The position numbers and the translations under genes are program-made. A DNA stretch of 48,564 nucleotides, taken from Gaiellaceae bacterium (GTDB lineage Bacteria > Actinomycetota > Thermoleophilia > Gaiellales > Gaiellaceae). A model generated the notes under the pieces. It was not told the DNA's origin. It did not search any database and saw only the letters and a program-made list of their open reading frames with translations. The number at the start of each line of letters is the position of its first letter. Position 1 is the first letter of the stretch. Below, in pieces: positions 42,350 through 48,564 of the stretch. Location: assembly GCA_035541175.1 (NCBI GenBank), contig DATKNT010000149.1, positions 1-48,564 of the forward strand, in the 5' to 3' direction.

Positions 42350-43681
42350 CTACGCGTCGACGCCGAGCGTGCCGGGGAGCGTCGCCGGCTCGACGATGCC
42401 GCCGGCGAGGCTCGCCTCCGCCGAGGTCGGCTCCTCGGCCGCCTCCGGCATCTCCTCGATCGACCGCACGGACGAGAGGAAGACGGGGAGCCACGTGAAG
42501 AGCGAGCCGATCGCTCCCACCCAGATCGCCGTCTTCACCGAGTACGTCGTCGCGAGCGCTCCGCCGACGAGCGAGCCCAGCGGCATCGTCCCCCAGACGA
42601 TCCAGCGCATCGACGCGTTCATCCGCCCCTGGAGCCGCTCGGGCGTGATCGCCTGGCGCAGGCTGACCTGCGTGATGTTGTACGCGGTCGCGCCGACCCC
42701 GAACACCGCGGTGCCCGCGAACAGGACCGGGACGGGGAAGCTCGCCGGCGCGAGCGGCCAGGCGAGCGTCGCGAACGAGCCGACCATGATCGGGATCCAG
42801 ATCGCCCGCCCCACGCCCAGGGTCTGCTGCAGGCGGGGCGCGACAAGCGCGCCGACGATCGACCCGATCCCGAAGCCCGCCCACACCACGCCGGCGGCGA
42901 ACGACGACATCTGGAGCGTTCGCGCCATGTAGAGGACGCCGATCGCCATCACCATCGAGCCGAAGAAGTTCGAGCTGCCGGTGGCGGCGGCGATCCACTT
43001 GAGGTACCGGTGCCGGACGACGTAGAGGACGCCCTCCTTCAGCTCCGGGAACATCCTCGGCTTCGGCGCGCCCTCCGCCCGCTCGGGCAGCGTCTCGCGC
43101 CGCCGGATCGGGATCATGAACGCCGTCGAGACGACGAAGCTCGCCGCGTCGACGAGCACCGCGTACGGCGCGGTGAACACGGCGATCAGCACGCCGGCGA
43201 GGCCGGGCCCCACCGTGTTCGCCGCGGCCGCCGTCGTCTGCAGCTTCGAGTTCCCCTCGATCAGCTGGTCGCGCTCGACGAGCGAGGGCAGGTACGACTG
43301 GTACGCGACGTCGAAGAAGACCGTGAAGATCCCGACGACGAACTCGATCGCGTAGAGCTGCCAGATCGTCAGCACGCCGAGCATCCACCCGACGGGAACC
43401 CAGAGCAGCAGGACGGCGCGGCTCGCGTCGCCGACGATGAGGATCGGTCGGCGGCGGAGGCGGTCGACCCACACGCCGGCCGGCAGCGCGAAGAGGATGA
43501 ACGGCAGGAACGCGAGCACGCCGATCACGGAGAACTCGAGCGGGCTCGCGTTCAGCTCCTTCGCGGCGAGCCAGGGAATGGCCAGCGCCGACACCTGCGA
43601 GCCGAACTCGCTGATCGACTGCCCGGTCCAGAGCTTGAGGAAGTCGCTGTGATGCCACAGCGAGCCGTTCGGCCTACGCAT
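42350..43681 (-). CDS. MFS transporter, tandem paralog of 41044-42339
   Basis: Start at ATG 43681 (MRRPNGSLWHHSDFLKLWTGQSISEFGSQVS). It is roughly half identical by eye to its neighbour over the full length. The start overlaps the arsR stop by 8 nt. Confidence 0.85.
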   Translation of the reverse strand: MRRPNGSLWHHSDFLKLWTGQSISEFGSQVSALAIPWLAAKELNASPLEFSVIGVLAFLPFILFALPAGVWVDRLRRRPILIVGDASRAVLLLWVPVGWMLGVLTIWQLYAIEFVVGIFTVFFDVAYQSYLPSLVERDQLIEGNSKLQTTAAAANTVGPGLAGVLIAVFTAPYAVLVDAASFVVSTAFMIPIRRRETLPERAEGAPKPRMFPELKEGVLYVVRHRYLKWIAAATGSSNFFGSMVMAIGVLYMARTLQMSSFAAGVVWAGFGIGSIVGALVAPRLQQTLGVGRAIWIPIMVGSFATLAWPLAPASFPVPVLFAGTAVFGVGATAYNITQVSLRQAITPERLQGRMNASMRWIVWGTMPLGSLVGGALATTYSVKTAIWVGAIGSLFTWLPVFLSSVRSIEEMPEAAEEPTSAEASLAGGIVEPATLPGTLGVDA

Positions 43682-44261
43682 CGAGTGCCCGCCCGTACAG
43701 CGCGGCCGCGAGGCCGTACTCGTCGCCGTCGGCCGAGTGGGCGGCGCGAAAGTCGTCGACGAGCTTCTCGAGGCGCCGGGTGAGCCGGCGCGCGTCGGCG
43801 TCGCTGAGCCGTGCCCGCACGACGGCGAAGGTCGTCCGGCCGTCGTCGCCGATGGGGAGCATCTCCTCGGCGGCGCGGCGCAGACCGGCCGCGGCGACGT
43901 TCCGGAGATCCTCGCCCTCGGAGTCGGCGCTCTTGAACAGGAACAGGCGGGCAACGCGGCCGTAGAACTTCTCGGTCACGGCGCGCACCTGCCTCGTGCG
44001 CACGACCTGGATCAGCCCGGCCTTCTCGAGCACCTTCACGTGGTGTCCGACGGTGCCCTTCGGCAGGCCGAGCTGCTCGGCGAGCTCCGTCGTCGAGAGC
44101 GCCCGGTCGCGCAGGAGCACGACGATCCTCGAGCGGAGGTCGTCGCCGAGCGCGCGAAGCTGCTCCGGCTCCCGCACGACGAGCACGTCGTCCGCGTCGT
44201 AGTCGGGAGCGGGGAGGCGGAAGGCGCGCGTGTCGTCGTAGGCATGCGTCGAACGGGCCAC
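43674..44261 (-). CDS. ArsR-family winged-helix transcriptional regulator with a C-terminal extension
   Basis: LRALGDDLRSRIVVLLRDRALSTTELAEQLGLPKGTVGHHVKVLEKAGLIQ is a canonical ArsR HTH. Confidence 0.8.
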   Translation of the reverse strand: MARSTHAYDDTRAFRLPAPDYDADDVLVVREPEQLRALGDDLRSRIVVLLRDRALSTTELAEQLGLPKGTVGHHVKVLEKAGLIQVVRTRQVRAVTEKFYGRVARLFLFKSADSEGEDLRNVAAAGLRRAAEEMLPIGDDGRTTFAVVRARLSDADARRLTRRLEKLVDDFRAAHSADGDEYGLAAALYGRALDA

Positions 44262-44320
44262 TATTCCGGAATGTACGGGTTTGGCCGACCATTCGCAAGC
44301 GCGGCACCTCCCATGAGACT

Positions 44321-44333
44321 GGGGCCAGGCCCC
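44321..44333. repeat. REP-like palindrome GGGGCCAGGCCCC (left flank of the RAYT gene)
   Basis: 13-nt near-perfect palindrome 13 nt beyond the RAYT stop. It is the exact reverse complement of the element at 44957-44969. Confidence 0.6.
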
Positions 44334-44345
44334 AATACGGAAGCG

Positions 44346-44888
44346 TCACGACTTCTCGACGAACGCGCGGAGGATCGCGATCGCCCGTTCGCGCGTGTCC
44401 GCGAGCATGCTGAGGAGCGGGCTCGGGTTCACGAATGTCGCGGCCGGCGGCGACGAGATCGTCGCCGCGTAGCTGCTCCAGGGCCAGTCCGCCGGATGCG
44501 CGACGAGGCCGGCGTCGACGGGGTTCCGAACGACGTAGCGGTACGCGACCATGAGGTCGAGGAGCGACGTCTTGCGCCGGCTCCCGTACCGGGCCTCGAG
44601 GACGTGTCCGCGTGTGTGGTGGCGCCGGTTGAAGCCCGCTGCGTAGCGGAAGTTGACGGCGTGCATGCCGGCCGGCAGCGCGCCGCTTCCGACCTCGAGC
44701 ATGAGATGAACGTGGGTCGTCATCAGGCAGTACGCGATGCACTTCCAACGCGCCTTCGCCCCGGCGCGGGCCAGATCCCGAAGGAATGCCAGGCGATCGA
44801 GGTCGTCGCGGAAGAGCTCCTCCGACCTGACGGAGTGCTCCCATGTGTGGAAGATCCCGGGATCCGCGTCGCGCGGCGGTCGAGCCAT
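44346..44888 (-). mobile_element. REP-associated tyrosine transposase (RAYT) / IS200-like Y1 transposase family gene
   Basis: HUH motif in CLMTTHVHLMLEV and the catalytic Tyr region MVAYRYVVRNPVDAGLV. About 180 aa. Start at ATG 44888 (alternative GTG 44918). No insertion-sequence ends or second ORF were seen. Confidence 0.7.
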
Positions 44889-44956
44889 GCATCGAGAGTG
44901 GCGACGAGCGATCGCCACCGCCAGTGTCCGTTACGAAGTTGCGAGTCTTTCGGCAC

Positions 44957-44969
44957 GGGGCCTGGCCCC
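44957..44969. repeat. REP-like palindrome GGGGCCTGGCCCC (right flank of the RAYT gene)
   Basis: Reverse complement of 44321-44333. It is followed by two GCCGTAGG direct repeats whose GTAG lies at 44974-44977 and 44998-45001. Confidence 0.6.
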
Positions 44970-45014
44970 GGCCGTAGGGCTCGGGGCCGTGCCTGCCGTA
45001 GGCTGGTGCCTCTC

Positions 45015-45905
45015 ATGGACGCGATCGTCGTCGAGGTTCGCCGCAACGGGGTGGTCGAGGCCCGGCACCGGGTGCACGCCGTCGCGGTCCGCGGCGGCGC
45101 GGTCGTGCGCGAGGCCGGCGACGGCGGGCTCACCTGCTTCATGCGCTCCGCGTCGAAGCCGATCCAGGCGCTCCCGCTCGCCCGCGTGCGCGCCGACCTC
45201 GACGACCGCGACGTCGCCATCGCCTGCGCCTCGCACCGCGCGACGCCGGAGCAGATCGACGCCGTGCGCCGGCTGCTCGCGAAGGCGCCGGCGGTCGAGG
45301 ACGAGCTCGAGCTCGGGCTCCAGGACGGCCGCCCGCCCGACCGCGTCTACAACAACTGCTCCGGCAAGCATGCCGGCATGCTCGCCCTCTGCCGCGCCCA
45401 CGGCTGGGACGCCGCCGGCTACTGCCTGCCCGGTCACCCGGTCCAGCGCGCCTGCGCGGAGGCCCACGCGGAGGCCGCCTCGGCCGACGAGAGCGAGCTG
45501 CCGACCGCGACCGACGGCTGCGGCGTCGTCACCTTCGCGCTCCCGCTCGAGCGGATGGCCTATGCGTACTCGCGGCTCGAGTCCCTGCCCGCCGGCCTCC
45601 GCATCGCCGACGCGATGCGCGCGCACCCCGAGCTCGTCGGAGGACCGGACGGCGCCGACTACGACCTGATGCGCCTCGCGCCCGGCTGGTTCGCGAAGGG
45701 CGGCGCCGAGGGACTGCTCTGCGCCGCCGGCCCGGGCGGCCTCGGCGTCGCGTTGAAAACGGAGGACGGCGACGCACGCGCGCACCGGCCGGCGCTCGCC
45801 GCTTTCCTCGGCCGGCTCGGCGTCGACCTCCCGTCGTTCGCCGAGGTGCCGGTTCGCAACACCCGTGACGAGCGGGTCGGCGAGCTGATCGTGTCGGATG
45901 GGTGA
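45015..45905 (+). CDS. Asparaginase family 2 (Asparaginase_II) protein
   Basis: EARHRVHAVAV, MRSASKPIQALP, NNCSGKHAGML and KGGAEGL are blocks of this family. Confidence 0.85.
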   Translation: MDAIVVEVRRNGVVEARHRVHAVAVRGGAVVREAGDGGLTCFMRSASKPIQALPLARVRADLDDRDVAIACASHRATPEQIDAVRRLLAKAPAVEDELELGLQDGRPPDRVYNNCSGKHAGMLALCRAHGWDAAGYCLPGHPVQRACAEAHAEAASADESELPTATDGCGVVTFALPLERMAYAYSRLESLPAGLRIADAMRAHPELVGGPDGADYDLMRLAPGWFAKGGAEGLLCAAGPGGLGVALKTEDGDARAHRPALAAFLGRLGVDLPSFAEVPVRNTRDERVGELIVSDG

Positions 45906-45920
45906 ACGAAAAATCCTTCT

Positions 45921-45948
45921 TTACGAATCTGTAACCGCTCACTAAGAT
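45921..45948 (+). promoter_or_regulatory. Candidate sigma-70-type promoter upstream of rpoD
   Basis: TTACGA (45921-45926), 16-nt spacer, TAAGAT (45943-45948). It lies in the only AT-rich patch of the 142-nt intergenic region and would give a 5' UTR of about 95 nt. Confidence 0.35.
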
Positions 45949-46047
45949 CCGGCTCACTTTGAGGGTGAGGCCGGGGTTGGGTCACCGGCTCTCTGCAGGT
46001 CTGGGTCGTGCAGGTTCTTCGTTCCGACAAGCAGCCGGAGGCGCCAC

Positions 46048-48564
<2,517 letters not shown>

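Overview
Very GC-rich chromosomal DNA (by eye above 70% GC, not computed). It is most likely actinobacterial, possibly Thermoleophilia- or Rubrobacteria-like. That is an inference from the furA-katG pair, a DevS/DosT-type kinase, a Streptomyces-like hopanoid cluster and many GTG/TTG or leaderless-looking starts. I call about 56 protein genes and find no rRNA, tRNA, CRISPR array or prophage.

Main blocks:
- 1-3141: a c-di-GMP corner with a GGDEF tail, two inverted paralogous stand-alone MshEN receptor genes and an atypical LuxR response regulator.
- 3805-4858: an ORF-poor, hairpin-rich gap.
- 4859-11097: membrane proteins, then a TauE exporter, then an operon of a USP-like membrane protein, asnA and a cDPG-synthetase-like P-loop protein.
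- 13199-29650: a 16-kb co-directional array on the plus strand. It starts with a complete hopanoid operon (hpnC-hpnD-hpnE-shc-hpnH-hpnG-ispH). This is chained by ATGA/GTGA overlaps to yjbQ, three unassigned membrane proteins and a CopC-CopD fusion. An ornithine-cyclodeaminase-like gene, citrate synthase, an orphan DevS-like heme-GAF histidine kinase, a kynureninase-like PLP enzyme and a secreted unknown follow.
- 29647-36715: DUF72 and a double-length ThyX, an ECF sigma/anti-sigma pair with sodA, a second SOD-fold gene, plsY, folE2 and a kinase-dead HisKA protein.
- 36808-44261: a minus-strand array with an ABC-2 exporter, tdk, a CBS protein, fpg, two tandem MFS genes and arsR.
- 44262-45014: a solo RAYT-like transposase with flanking palindromes.
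- 45015-48564: asparaginase II, rpoD and furA-katG (katG truncated by the window end).

No classical defence system is visible. The most unusual items are the coupling of hopanoid genes to copper-handling and unknown membrane proteins, the MshEN/GGDEF module, the orphan DevS-like kinase fused in expression to a PLP enzyme, and the non-coding hairpin region.

All family calls rest on motif recognition by eye. No database search was run.
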